Source of the DNA: Raillietiella orientalis
Taxonomy: Eukaryota
Direction of reading: 5' to 3'
DNA length: 64,000 bases
Assembly: GCA_036172245.1 (NCBI GenBank)
Contig: JAYWIR010000023.1
Span: forward strand, 2,542,001-2,606,000
Below the pieces are notes generated by a model that saw nothing but the letters and a program-made list of their open reading frames with translations, was not told the DNA's origin and did not search any database. Both the position numbers and the translations under genes were made by a program. Numbering within the stretch: the stretch's first letter is position 1; each line of letters opens with the position of its first letter. Of this stretch, positions 50,186-62,630 are shown piece after piece.

Positions 50186-52139
50186 GTGAGTGCACATGGG
50201 TTTAAAATAAATACCGCTTTCGAGAGACAGTTCAAAAAAAAAAAAGGAAGAACAAACGGCAAAAAAAAAAAAAAAAGACAGACATGGGTTGATGAGTGCA
50301 CGGATTTTCTTTCCTAAAGGATGAGGCACCCTTTGAGGAATGCATTCTCAACTTGCGCGAACTCTGCTCGAAGCGTCCGCGTGGAAGCGTGAAGACTTGG
50401 AACAGTATGGATGTTTGGATCCCATTAACAGATCTCGGCATTTCGGCAACAATTCTGCTTCCGTTTCCTATGCTTTCCTTTCATGGTTCCAACCAGAAAA
50501 GCATGCTGATCAGAAAGATAATGGGGGCTCCTCCTTCCCTTCTTTCAGCTGACCTCTGCACATTTGCGTAAAGCACCGTTGTTTTTTTTTTGGTCCACGA
50601 AATAGAGGATTGGTTCACGTAGTCAGGAAACGGTAGCTGGACGTAAATCGGCTTCTTGCGATTGAAATTCCGTAATTCTTCTTGGGCAAGGAGGAGAAAA
50701 GCGTGTTAAAAGAAGAAAACAAACAAATGCAGAGCAGAGTTCGATTTCTCGCAAACAGGAGTGGGAACCCATTCCCTTCCAAGTGAAAGAGGATTCAAGG
50801 TCGCCCAAGTATCCGTCATGCGCAGCTGAAAACGTCGTAGGTTTCTTAAGATTCACAGTCGTTAACTCTTCTCGATGGGCTCCGCAATTAGAAGTGACCT
50901 GACCTCTTTCAAAGGGCAGAGTGCCGAATTTAGGATCGTTAAGATTCCACGATCTTGACGAAAATTCGAACGCCGTGGTAATCGTCAGAGACTTGAAAGA
51001 AACACAGCAGGTACATTAATGGGTGCACCTCCCAAACAGTGATGTATAGGGGGGGGGGGAAAAAATCAAAGGTCAGCTTGTACTGAGTACAACAACAGCA
51101 GCAGCAGCAGCAGTACCAAAATGGCTGAGTTCAAGGTTATTGGAGAGAGAACTGCACTCAGTAGTGATAACAAGAACCAATTTTACTTACAACATAATGC
51201 TTTATGCAACTCGCTCATAGTATTACCTTGCAACTACACTTCCTAGAGACAGTGGTCTGAAACGGCCTTTTTATGTTATGCTTTTTTTTTGGGGGGGGGG
51301 GGGACGGAAAATTCTTGGGTTCTCCGTAGACCCTAAGAAAGTGAAAGCTTTGGAAAGGTGAAGAACAACGAAACCTACAACGACTGCAGTCTACGCGACG
51401 GGATCCACAGCGATCGATTCAAAACTTGAAATTCGACTATTTATTCGAGATGATCAGGGTGAACTTTGAAGATGATGGGGTGAGACGGAGTGGGGCTCTG
51501 AGGACAAAAATTTCGCCTGAAAACAGAGCGTGGGCGCTTGAAATTTAAATCACGTGCTTGTGAATCGTATCTCAATCACGCGAGCGCTCACGGGATTCAG
51601 CAACGTGGTGCAATCCGACCATCATGAGGAAATCATGGAGCACCTGCTTTGCGAAATCAACCGATTCTTATTGGACGATCAAGTCTCAAACTACTCTGTT
51701 TTAGCCCACGAGACAACTTCTAAACAGAAGCCAGAAATGTGCCCTAACCCATTGGTAAATAACACCTCGGTATCTTGGTACTGCTCTATCAGAATCAGAA
51801 TACAGAACGAGTAAACTCTGCTGAGAGAAATAGTCTTGGATGGGTGCTGTGGAGTCTTTTCTTCCATAATCGTGGCGGTCCGTGCGTCGACGACTTGTTA
51901 GGGCCTTCTTGAGCACATTCCGGAGTTCGGAACAGCTCCTTAACATTTACTTTTGCAATTAACTCACGGCTACCTCCTCAGCTCCGCGAGGCGGTACCGG
52001 AATGCTTCCTCTCTGATGTATGCCTGGTCACCCAAAATGATTGTCACACTTCTCACATGATCATTTTTTTTTGTAAAATTGAATTGCGCTGAAAAGTAAA
52101 CAAGAAAAATGACTTCTGGTATATTGTGACCTGAGCCAG

Positions 52140-52322
52140 GCAAGATGTTCAGTTCCTCCAGTTTCTATGAAGAACCACATCACCTGTATCCAACTGTTAA
52201 GGAGCAGCTAGAATTAGCGAAACAGATTTCGAAATCTCTCAGCTCAACTTCTAATAGAGAATCCAAAGGTCAGAAAATGTTTATCAAGAGGATGGAGCGT
52301 TCTTCCAAATGGGTGCATGAAG
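52140..52322 (+). CDS. Exon with first calsarcin/synaptopodin-like motif (GKMFSSSSFYEEPHHLYPTVKEQLELAKQISKSLSSTSNRESKGQKMFIKRMERSSKWVHE)
   Basis: Acceptor gagccag, donor aag|gtaaga; phase 1/1; recognisable conserved motif. Confidence 0.85.
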
Positions 52323-52649
52323 GTAAGATGAGGCTTTAAGATGAGGCCAAAGAAATCACGCGATGGCGGCTGAAAGAGTGTTCATACGTAGAATCTTTGC
52401 TTGCTCCGAACATCGCGCTCCATGTTGCACGGACGGCTCCTCCTTCGAAACGTCGTGAGCAGCAGCTGCTTCGGGTCCAGAAATCGTTTGGGGCCCCCGA
52501 GCGGAAGCGCGGCGCTTTCATTTGCAGCTCCCCGGTTGACGAGAACGGGCGAAGAAGTTCCTCAACGATCTGAGGAAGGACTGCACCCCGCGTGTTCCTG
52601 CCGCTTACGCACGCCGCTGCTCTTCTCCTCGACGCAACCCGTGTAATCG

Positions 52650-52745
52650 TGACAGCCGTCACTGTCGCTACTACTTTTGCTACTATTACTGTTACGGTTA
52701 CTGCCGTTGCTACTAGCATTACTGTTGCTACAGTCATTAGTAGCA
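52650..52745. repeat. Degenerate trinucleotide (ACT/GTT/GCT) simple repeat; a similar tract lies at ~33320-33400
   Basis: Period-3 low-complexity sequence visible directly. Confidence 0.7.
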
Positions 52746-53236
52746 TCTGGGAAACATCCATTCTTTACTTGCGGTGTGACGCCTCTGCGCGGGAAACAAC
52801 ACGAATGGGAAGCTACAGCCGCTGCGCAGTCTGCGATCCGAGAGCGCGCAAGGTATTTCTGTCGCCAAGGAAACGGTCGTCGCCCGCAAACGAAACGGAA
52901 AAACTGGCTCCCGCGTGTTTCCTTTCGCGGTGAGACCACGCTCCCTCTCGGGTTGAAAAAATAAAAACTCTCTTAAGAACCCCCCAGACACGATGAGCCA
53001 TGAGCGTCTCGAGTGTCCTTCACAGCCGTTTCAATTCAGTAATGGATGTTCACCGGCCGATCAGTAAATGACTTCAGGAAAACGAGTTTCTTTCACGGAA
53101 TGTGCCCTCCCAGGGCAAGAGTTGATCTTCTTTCCCTGTTGCATTTCTAGGTGAACTTTGAGAGCAAGAAAAGATGACTTTTCTGTCGCCCGTTTCCAGT
53201 GCGAAAGTCAGTCACAAGCGTCTGCATTTCTTGTAG

Positions 53237-53336
53237 GGACTCCGAGGAACTCTGGCTACGGCATGCCCCTGGAATCTGGCGGGTTGAATTATCCAGCATC
53301 CTTGAGAGCACCGGCCAATCGCATGACGAAGCCACA

Positions 53337-53337
<1 letters not shown>
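53237..53337 (+). CDS. Exon (GTPRNSGYGMPLESGGLNYPASLRAPANRMTKPQ)
   Basis: Acceptor tgcatttcttgtag, donor cag|gtaaaa; phase 1 in and phase 0 out, which bridges 52322 to 56342. Confidence 0.65.

Positions 53338-53339
<2 letters not shown>

Positions 53340-53378
<39 letters not shown>
53340..53378. repeat. Poly-A tract just after an exon donor
   Basis: About 39 consecutive A residues. Confidence 0.95.
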
Positions 53379-53379
<1 letters not shown>

Positions 53380-54769
53380 ATCCGCCACCCTGCTTGTCAT
53401 CTCCTCGCGAGTGAGTTTTTGTCTTCTTAACGGGTGTGAGGATGCGTGGTATCTCCTTTCACAAAACCAGTGAAGTCGATGTTCGCTCGAAGATCGCGTT
53501 CCTCCTTGGCAGTTCATCCTGGGAACTCGACGCGCATTCCTGGAACCTCTCGCCAAGCCGAGAGATCACAAATCAGGTGTATCCGCGAGTCATCTTCCCT
53601 CGCGCGCTTACAGAAATCCACTTCACCCACGATGCAGGTTCCAGCTCTTTTCGCCTTCTCGCGCTCATGCTCTGCGAACTGTGCAACGTGGACAGGAAGA
53701 TTTCTAGTGCGCCCCCCCTTGCTCAGCACCATCTTGACCGTTTCCACGTTAACGAGCAGGAGAGAGAGAGAGAGAGAGAAAAGACAGACGATGCGAATTT
53801 CCTTCCGTTCTCACGATAGAGTGGATGAACCCGACTCCGGAACGACGGGAACTGCAAACGCGCGGCCGATTTTTGGATGAGGGAAAGAAACGAAGCGTTT
53901 CGGGATGCATCCTACGTCTGTAACGAGTTCTTCGCCTCCGAATTTGATTTTCGACTATCAGCAGGCGCTTAATCATTGATTGCTTCATGCATCCCTTCCC
54001 CCTCCCCCCGCTTCCTTTTTCCACTTCCTCCCTCCCCCTGCCTTTAAGGAAGGGGACATGCGAACTTCGAATGCAAATGCAATCTCTGCGGTGGACCAAA
54101 GCCTGAAGTAGAGTTTTTAGTCACCATCGAGAAGAAATGAAAGTGAAAGGGACTGCGAAAGGAGCTTTGCAAAGGTTCAGGAAAATAACCAGCATATAAT
54201 GAGGCCAGACGCGCGGCTGCAGTCTCCGCGCGCGGCACCGAACATTGCGGGTTCGAATCCCTCCTGAGGAAGGATCGACATCGAGAACCGGAGTGAGTCG
54301 TGGGATTCGAGTCCTCCTTGCAGGATGACGCTGGTTGGTCTACGGGCTTCGGGTGCAGCACAAGTGGGAGTCGGAACTCCTCAGATGTCCCCGTTGACTA
54401 GCAGGGATTGGAGACTACCTTCCGGGTCCTTCCAGGACATCCAGAAGCCTTCGGGGTTCCCCTCCGATTGTGGAAATGGAGTCGTCCCCCACCCCCACCC
54501 CCCTCGGGAAGATAGGACTTTCCATCGCGTACCGCAGAGGGCAGAGGATCCGTCGAAAATTGGCGCGAACTCTCGAGTTCCGTGCACTGGCGGACCAAAT
54601 TTCATAAGACCGCAGTGAGAGGGGGGGAAGTTGGGACCTTTCCTCCGGCTTGAAACCGGGCATCGGGGACAGCAGGCGGAGAAGAAGGAAAGTTGCTTTC
54701 CTTGGGGCACATCTCGAATGCGATCTCCACCTGAGGTTATCTGCGGCTGGAGGGATGGCAACATTGTAA

Positions 54770-56200
54770 ACATGACGGTCCAGAGAAAGTAACGAATCTT
54801 CAAAGGCTTTTCGCACGAGTACATGAATGCTGCTAACCCTGTACCAGTGAATTCCTGGATCTGGACTGAATTCCTGGTTCTGCTGTGGAGCTCTTCAATG
54901 ATAAAATCTTCCATTAGTCACTTCCTAATACGGAGTGAAGAAAAAGTGTTTGCTAACGAGAGGTAACGCCTCTTGAGTTTAACCTCATCTAAGCCCATCA
55001 TCGCAAGGACACGATCACCGAATCTTTTGCAATCAAAAAAAGAGACAAGTAAATCCTCCGCAAAGATTTCAAACAGGACATTATTTCCGAAAGAGTCCAT
55101 GAAAATTCCCCTGTACTCCTTGGAGGAATGGTCCATTCGAACTTTTTTCTTTTTTGGGAAAAATCATTGTGCCTCTCGATGAGTTAAACCGCTCATGAGT
55201 GAGAGCACAAGCAGATTTGCTTTCGCCTTTTTCTACATTGTTTTTCCGTCGCCTAGGGATCATGGTTTTCATAGAAAGTGTACAGAAGGAAGAGCACAAT
55301 CTTAGATAGTGCCAAATGGTCAGCAATACCGAGACCATCTGAAACCTCGGAAAGTCAAATCGTGCATGAGCTGTTCTTGTGACTGAACCACATTGACACG
55401 ACAGCACCCACAGGATCCCATACACAGCACCTTATAACTGGATGTCTGATCTGCGAGCGAGGTCAGCCGAGCTCTGAAGGCAAGTAGAAAACTTTTCTCT
55501 TATTAGGCTTTTATCTCGAGTCATCTCCTGCTGCCAAGCGTACTCCTGGTGCTTTCCTTTCATGAGATAGAACGGGAGTTTCAGAAGAATAGGTGAAAGC
55601 ATTAAGGGTTGTGAAGGTAGTCCTCAATGTTCTGGAATTCGTGAGTACCTGCGGGCGTCTGCTTGATTCCCCGAAGCTGGAAGCCAGTGTGCGTTTATAA
55701 TCCGAAAGGAATACGGAATGTAAATACGGAATGTTCCTCTTTTCCTGCTACCAGGCAAACTGATTTCCAGCACATTCGTGATCTCATAGCTGCTTGAGTG
55801 TGGCCATATTCCGATCGTAATGACTATTAGAAACGCTACTCATCACTGCCATATTCTGATTCAGAGAAACTTCTAGAATCCTATCAGAAGCTATTGTGTT
55901 CTACTGCGAATAGCTTTTCGAGTTACTGGAAGTGACTCAAAGAGCCCTTTGCAGTATGAAGTTCGCTACAATATTCCCAGCTTGCTCTTAGGAACGCAAG
56001 TGTGTTCGGAAAAAACCTAGAACTTACCCAAAGTTTGTTACCTAGAAACGAACGCACGAGAATCCCCGAAAAGCCGAGAGTAACTTCCTCTCGAAAGTAA
56101 CTCTGGTTTCGAATGTAGGATCTCTTTTGCTTACCTACAAATCGCAGCATCGTATCCCTGATCGAAAAGCAACTAGAAAATCGCATTCCTAGAAACTCTC
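54770..56200 (-). mobile_element. Decayed non-LTR retrotransposon RT fragment, intronic
   Basis: Minus-strand remnants GILWVLSCQCGSV (cf. WLDL.NAFGSV), KGESKSACALTHERFN (cf. KGVRQGC.LSP.LFN) and IFAEDLLV (cf. FADDL). Confidence 0.55.
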
Positions 56201-56341
56201 AGATCGGAGTAATAGATATGTACACGCGAAGTACATGCTGTTTTTTTTTTTGACTATTGATTCCCAGAGCAAACTGTTGTTAATAACCAAGGATCCCGTT
56301 TTGCTGAACTTTGCTTTTAGTACCTGTGCGATTGTTTCCAG

Positions 56342-56495
56342 GATGTTAGTGATTTGAAGCTAGTGCTGAACCCAGGAGGACAGTTGCTGGATGCAGAGAA
56401 AGTTAAAAATTCCGATATTTATGTCAACCACCGAGTTCTCAGCCCGGAAATTTGTCAAGAAATAGTGAAAGATTTGCATTCTCCTGTGGGGAAGG
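56342..56495 (+). CDS. Exon (DVSDLKLVLNPGGQLLDAEKVKNSDIYVNHRVLSPEICQEIVKDLHSPVGK)
   Basis: Acceptor gattgtttccag, donor aagg|gtaaac; phase 0 in, phase 1 out. Confidence 0.85.
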
Positions 56496-56572
56496 GTAAA
56501 CCATTACTTTTCTTTCGATTTGTGTGTGTTTTCTTCTTTGCTTTCTGAAGAGATTAAAGTTTGCATCAAGTA

Positions 56573-56906
56573 CAAGTGGTATCTCGGTACTCGAAGGTTT
56601 TGGAACTCGTCGAACTCAGTACTCGTCGCATTTTGACGAGAAAAAAAAAATGTTTCGACCCTCGGCGCACGCTTGGAGCTCGACCCCTCATTCTCACGAT
56701 GACCACTTCAGCCTCATGATAGCTCGCGAACGGTGCCAAACACTTTCGTAGAGTAACTCTTGAAGCGTTCCTCTCTTTTTTGTGCTTTCTGTGCATTTTA
56801 AGCGTTAATCATGGGTCCTAAGTCATTGATCGTTCGGTACTCGTCGGTTTCTGGAACTCGTCACGAGTTCCGGAACTAATTACCGACGAGTACCGAGGTG
56901 CCACTG
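56573..56906. mobile_element. MITE of Tc1/mariner-pogo (Tigger-like) type
   Basis: TA flanks at 56571-56572 and 56907-56908. The left end caagtggtatctcggtactcga matches the reverse complement of the right end, cagtggcacctcggtactcgt. Internal cggtactcg/ggaactcgtc repeats; no ORF. Confidence 0.8.
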
Positions 56907-57060
56907 TACGTTTGAACTTGACAGAAAGATTAACAACTTTTAAAATGCTTGGACAATGAGTACTTATGAATGTCCAGGCAGAACGTTCAACTCTTGTTGT
57001 TTTTGTATTCGTCTATAACATAAGCCGCAAGAGCCTGTGATAAATCAATGGAAATTCCAG

Positions 57061-57215
57061 GTGGTGCTTTGTTCGCAAAGAGGAAACAAAAATCGGAAAA
57101 CTGGGTGGTTGAATCCCATCATCCTTCTGTGAGTATCCGTGCTCCGTCGCCACCTCCAAGTGTAGTTTACGAGCGGTGGAATGCGGATCAGCAGCAAAAG
57201 CTGAAGGAACTTCAG
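57061..57215 (+). CDS. Exon with second motif (GGALFAKRKQKSENWVVE...KLKELQ)
   Basis: Acceptor aattccag, donor cag|gtaacc; phase 1 in, phase 0 out. The motif is a repeat homologous to that in the 52140 exon. Confidence 0.85.
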
Positions 57216-57312
57216 GTAACCCTTTCGGGGTCCAAAAGCCCCGCTCTCTAGGGAGCACCTTCCACAGAAAAGAATAAGTCCCCGGTTCCGGCTCGTTCGC
57301 TTGCCCTGGCAG

Positions 57313-57852
57313 GCGATCCTCGAAACAGGAACGGTGAACGCAGCCTTCCAGGAAATCGACTTGGAAAACCTGGCCAAGACGGTCATCTCGAAAGCGGAAG
57401 AAAAAGAGAACGAGCACACCAGGGTGGCTTTCACGGAATCGAGTTTCCCGGAGCACCACCCGAAGCTGCACAGACTCGCGCAAGAGACCACGGGAAAACG
57501 TCCTACGAATCATCCCCACGGCAGGAACACGAGCTACACGCTGCCTCGACCCTTTTCGCTGGAGGTCTGTCCGCGGCGCGTTCTGTCTCCCGTCCGGTTC
57601 AACGCGGGAGGGGACCCATCCGTGAAGTATCCTACCAACTACCAGATCAAGGTTGGTGCCGCAGAAAACGAAGCTGACCACGCACGTGGTCGCCAGAAGG
57701 CGAGGACAGCGAATGCCAAAGAGCCGAACCTTCCATTCGTAGTCAGCTACGACACAGGTACGACGGTCACCCACCCTCTTTGGGGATGGTTGCTACGCGC
57801 TGCATCCATTCGGCCTCCCCTCCAAATCCATTCTTCCCTCCCGTGCAAGTGA
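57313..57852 (+). CDS. Probable last or penultimate coding exon (AILETGTVNAAFQEIDLENLAK...)
   Basis: Acceptor cttgccctggcag, phase 0; open to TGA at 57850-57852. An alternative donor, cag|gtacga, lies at 57757. Confidence 0.6.
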   Translation, partial: AILETGTVNAAFQEIDLENLAKTVISKAEEKENEHTRVAFTESSFPEHHPKLHRLAQETTGKRPTNHPHGRNTSYTLPRPFSLEVCPRRVLSPVRFNAGGDPSVKYPTNYQIKVGAAENEADHARGRQKARTANAKEPNLPFVVSYDTGTTVTHPLWGWLLRAASIRPPLQIHSSLPCK

Positions 57853-58499
57853 TCCAAAAGGCATGACGAGGTCTGCAAGTACAGCGAGACGCGTCATGGA
57901 TGCAGTAGCGATGCCTATCTAACCAAATGCAGCATGCGCTTCCCGGCTTAACTGGATACAGCATGGACGCAGCTTGCCAGATCTAACCGAATGCACCACG
58001 GATGTGCCCATCCCGCTCTTGTTCCGAATTTGCTCGAATTTCATCAAGTCTGTGTTCCTCGCGCTCACACATGGACGAGAAGAAGAGGGAGAGACCCGAG
58101 TCGCTGATGCAACCTTTCACCCTTCCTTCCAGACCGCAGAAGCGCTTCCAGGTCTCCGATATTGAGAGGCGTCCCTCTGAGATCTCGAAGCGTCGGCAGG
58201 AGTGCTCAGCCGCCTTCAGTGGTCGAATTCCCTTGTTACAACACGGCTGCAAGAGGCTGGGGAGAGCTGCGTGGATATTATCGACCTGTGAAGCTGTCCG
58301 CACCCTTCCAACCCAACTTCGTCCACTGACCTCACTCTCTGATGAGGAGGCAGAATCCTGTGTGCAAAGGCTCTTGAGAAAGTACGCTCGCTTGATGCTG
58401 TGGTCCCATCCGAGGGCGCAAAGCAGAAATGGAACCTTATCGGATGTCCTGGGTTGGCAAAAAAAAAAAAAAGAAAAAAAAACAAAAAAAATGGTTTAA

Positions 58500-61190
58500 A
58501 AACTGCCTTTGTAGCTTTCGTAGTGCTTCATCTGATTCCAAGAGTTAGTGAGGAATGCTTCTGGGACCTTGTTCCTCGAAGGCATCCTGAGTTTCCTTCC
58601 TGATCATTGCTATTGAACAACGATGTTAACAAAGCTAACAAAAACTTCTTTGAAAGCTAATAAAGTGATCGATGTCAAAATAAAAAGTGAAGAGAGTCTC
58701 TTCGGAGGTTTCTTCTAGATACGAGTTCCAACCAGAAGCCCGCCGCAGATGGCACGGAGAAACCGGTGAAAATTTCCTCCTGAAACGGGGGGAAGTCAGA
58801 TCTTTTCGTCGGGAAAATTTCGAGTCGGTACACGATGATCTGGATGTTTGGTCAGATGGCTCAGCAGGAGAGGCGAGAAACTCAACAAAGAAATCATGCA
58901 AGAAGCATCTTTCGTTCTGCTCCTCGGCTGCTGACTCTTGGTTCGACCACTGAAGGCCAGAAAAAAATAGCATCGGTAAAGAGATTGACAACTGGTCGCC
59001 TCAGCTCCCGTATGAGACTTTCGCTGTAGATTTCAGACTACAGACTTGCGAGCCGAATCTTAGGAAAGGAACATGTCGCTTCCATAAAGACAATAACCAT
59101 TGAGGATCGTAAGCTGGGAAATGAAGAGACCGAGCGCTAAAGCACTCCTGAAGGATTTCAAGCGCCCTGAAGAGGAAAGTACAGTGGATGCAACGGAAGC
59201 TAGAGTTGCAGCCTTAGGACTCCCGTGGTCCAAAGTCCTGAACAAGTCCTATGTGACGGAAGAGTATATAACTATACAAGTGCTGCAACAGTACACAAGA
59301 AAGTCTTTTAGCCTTCCTATGTGAATTGCTCCGATTTCCTGGAGTTCTTCAAAGTTCCAGGGAGTCCTAGAAATAGCCAACGTCCTTGGAAGACCAACAG
59401 CAGATTACATCCAGCTGCAATTCACCATCAGACACAGTGAGACACGCAGAATCCCCATTTAGATAAGGCAGAAGTACTTGCACGAATGAATCCCATTCCG
59501 GAAGAATGGAATGCGATTCAGTGTGTCCTCCTCCGTGAGGCACTGCTATACACCAAAAGTAGAGGGTTTATGATATGGAGTTCCCTGCGCAAATGTTGGA
59601 TCTTCCCCTTTAGGACTCAGATGAACGTGGTAGCGTGTTATTTTTTAGTCAGTTAGAAGACGTTGCAACAAGTAAACTTCCTTACAAGATAGGGATGCAT
59701 GAAAAGACGATCCAAAAATTGTCCACCTTGGATATTCTCCATGAGTTTGGGGGCTCGTCGGAAGTGCTATGGAACTCAGAAGTCTGTTTGTCCAGAAAAC
59801 ATTTGTTTGATGTTTTCTGGAAAGTTCAAAAGTTCCTGCGTTGAGTTTTTGATAAACTGGTTCCCTGGGCAAAGAAAAAGTCCTAAGGAACTGATCCCTA
59901 TGGAAAAAGATTGATTCGAACTACACATAGACGTAGCAGATAAAAGGATGATCGCGCTGATTTCACAAGCTGTTCTGTAGAATTCGGAATAGCTATAGCT
60001 TCCAGCTGATTAGAGATCATGTTGATTGCCTGTTGAATCATACTTAGTCCTTAGTAGGAAGGGAAAAAATTGATAGAGTGCTTGGATCAATCTTAGGAAT
60101 CCACAACGCATCGCACTGTCGTAGTGCAGCCTCTAAAAAATGGCCAGTGTCGTAAGCAGGACTTTGGGTGACACAAAGAATACCTTTAACACTTTCTCCT
60201 CGATGTCTGATATTTCAATCGAGAGCGGTGGCTTCTCTCTCCATTCTCCAGTCTCTCTTCTTAGAATGGCCACAGGAAAAGGAACTCGCTTTTATTGATC
60301 TCGCTAAAGCATGTGACCTCGAGGGCACCAGGAGATCTAAACAGATGCTGCTCTCTATCTGTTCAGGGCGTCACGGGTGGTTATGTTCACAGATGCGGTT
60401 GACTCGGTAGAAACAGAGCACTTCAAGGACAAATAGACTCTCATAGATCATCGGGCCTGACCGCAACGGTGCAGTCCAATTTAGCTGTCTTGGCTTGTCT
60501 GTGAATGGCACCCATTTCCCCTGCCATAGGTGATTGATACAAGATGATTCATACAAAATCAAGGTAAAGGAGTCGTGTTCAGCCAGTCATTACATAGGTG
60601 ACTTTGTAAACCTGTGAATTCGACCATAATACTTGGAAAAGGAAGCAAGCGACCACTGACACCGAGTCTCAAGAAAACTTCTCTCGTTGATAAAACTGAG
60701 CGCAAACTAGTCCAGGAAAGTCTTCCCCTAAAATAAATCTGGAGCACCTGGGATATGTTCATGCTCCGGAAGATGTACCTTTATTGAAGATGGCATCAGG
60801 AAAAATTCCGGATACAATTGGACAACTGCAAGCCCGAGAAGCTCAAGGAGGGGGGAGGTGTATCGTGTGGACCATTGGGCAGGACTTCTAGAAAAATGCC
60901 ATCAGGTGCAAATTCTCTTGGTGTTTTCTTCAACTTCCCAACCTCCCACTTACAGAAAGAGACGTGCGAAAATGGAGAGAAGTACGGGCAGCACTCTTTT
61001 CCGGAGATGTGATTTGCAGACAAAGAAGCACGCACACAAGTGCTCTGCCATTCTTCACAGACTCCCCCAGTGCATTCACGAACTCCCAGTGCCTTAAGAT
61101 TGGTTCTTTGGATCTGTCCCACGGAGCCTCCGATATGGTGGAACGGAAGTTTCTCAGACGACGGCCGAGCGCGAATAAGGGGGGACGGAG
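58500..61190 (+). mobile_element. Decayed L1-like LINE ORF2
   Basis: Remnants in the expected order: KSPKELIPME (cf. KSPG.DGIP.E), LRNPQRIAL (cf. NWRPI.L), LAFIDLAKACD (cf. FIDL.KAFD) and NSLGV (cf. KYLGV). Confidence 0.65.
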
Positions 61191-61191
61191 A

Positions 61192-62630
61192 GTTCTCACC
61201 CGGTCACGCCGGAGCGTTTATTTTATAAAAAATAAACCAGTTGGGAAAAAAGTTCCCAACAGACGTACAAGCAATAGGGAGGGTCCACTGGCAGACCAGG
61301 CCGGGCGGGATAACGGAAGTTCGGAACGGGACAAGGGATCGGGAGACAACTGAAAAAAAATCAAACGCTGTGGGATGCGACAGGGATGAGAAGAGAAACA
61401 CCAGGGAATTAGCGGAGCCAACGAGGATGGGGGATGAACAAAAAAAAAAAAATGGCGGGAAGGGCAAGGTTCATCGGGGTCTGCCGTTCTTTGCTGTCCA
61501 TCAATAGGCGGTAGATGCCGGCGATCTCGTTTGCTTTTCTTCCAGATGAGGCCACCTTGCAGCCGCCCTCACATGGGCGGCTGCCAGGCGATGGACCTCA
61601 AATTTACGCTGTTGTCTCCATGGCTTAGCGGAGCTTAGCAATGGCGCGAATGCAACTGATTGTTGCGACTACCGCGCCACCTGAAAGCCCGTTGCGCATG
61701 AGGAAACTACACAGCAGTTCTCTTGCAGTGTCCCCCTGGAGCGGGACGGATAAAGCCACCTACGCCACAGTTCGCAGAAGACACCTCAGTCGAGCAAAAC
61801 GTGCGGGAATGACTCGATCGTCTCGCACCTCGAGCAGTTCAGGGAGACTGCTACCCTGGAAAGGGTGTGTCGCCGCAGATTCCAGAGTAATCCCCAGTGT
61901 AAAAACAGCAGCACGTCCTGTTTCCATCTTACGGGAAACACTGAGGTGTACAAACTAGTGGGAGGGACCACTAGTTCTTCGCGGGGCACACTTAAAAGCT
62001 TGCTCCACAGGAGAAGTCCCTTGGCCCGATCCGGAGTGGCGGCATCCATCAGCTCATTTGTCTTCCAGCTGCCAAGGAGCTTGATCTCTCCCGCGATTGT
62101 GCAGAAGAACTCCCACCCTGTCGGTAGGCAACTGTCATTGCTTTCCCTAAGGGCAAGGGGTGTGGCGGCTAGGCGATTCCACTTCTTGTCTGCATGACGT
62201 CTTCCAGAGAGTTACTCAGCAGAAGTCTCAGGCCTCGAAGATCTTCCGGGCGCATTCCCATGTTAGCAGCACATGACGCAATGGACTCCTGCCGCCATGC
62301 AGTGAAGTTCATAGGGCGGCAGGAGATCCAACGTTGGGCTTCCAGTAGCGAAGCAAATTGCCCCAGCGGTAATCCAAATCCTTTCCTGGTGTGCCGAAAG
62401 TGCAGCAGCAACGGAAGCAGTCCTTGACTGTCGGTGCAGCGCTGAAGGAGAAGGTTCTCAGGAAGACATCAAGGAGTACACCAGAGTTTGTCACATAGTT
62501 CCAGCATTCGGAACTGCACCTGCAGTCCGATCTTCTCGATGGCCAGGATGCCCAAGCCTGACGTGGGAGATGGAGATCGAGGTCTTGAAAGACGCACAAC
62601 CAAGTAGCAGCTTCCACTGTTCGCTTGCGT
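61192..62630 (-). mobile_element. 3' fragment of the same L1/Tx1-like family as 10742-11843
   Basis: DAATPDRAKGLLLWSKLL...FLHWGL...NCSRCETIESFPHVLLD aligns to the 10742-11593 protein; same terminal AATAAA+hairpin. Confidence 0.85.

Larger units (their letters stand above)
42311..57852 (+). other. Multi-exon gene for a synaptopodin/myozenin (calsarcin)-like protein; 5' end not located
   Basis: Fourteen GT-AG-bounded exons join with compatible phases into one open frame. The 3' exons carry two motifs resembling the conserved SYNPO2/myozenin segments (SKGxxMFxKR..R..K and G(K/R)GAxLFAKR..R.E.[YW]VV). The family call rests on motif recognition, not a database search. Confidence 0.75.

Noticed and set aside
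53151..53236. Upstream alternative acceptors (53150, ~53199) for the 53237 exon
   Set aside because: One gives an immediate stop, and the other leaves a phase that does not match the exon at 56342.
54200..54290. tRNA gene
   Set aside because: Only the B-box/T-loop is present; no acceptor stem or cloverleaf could be built.
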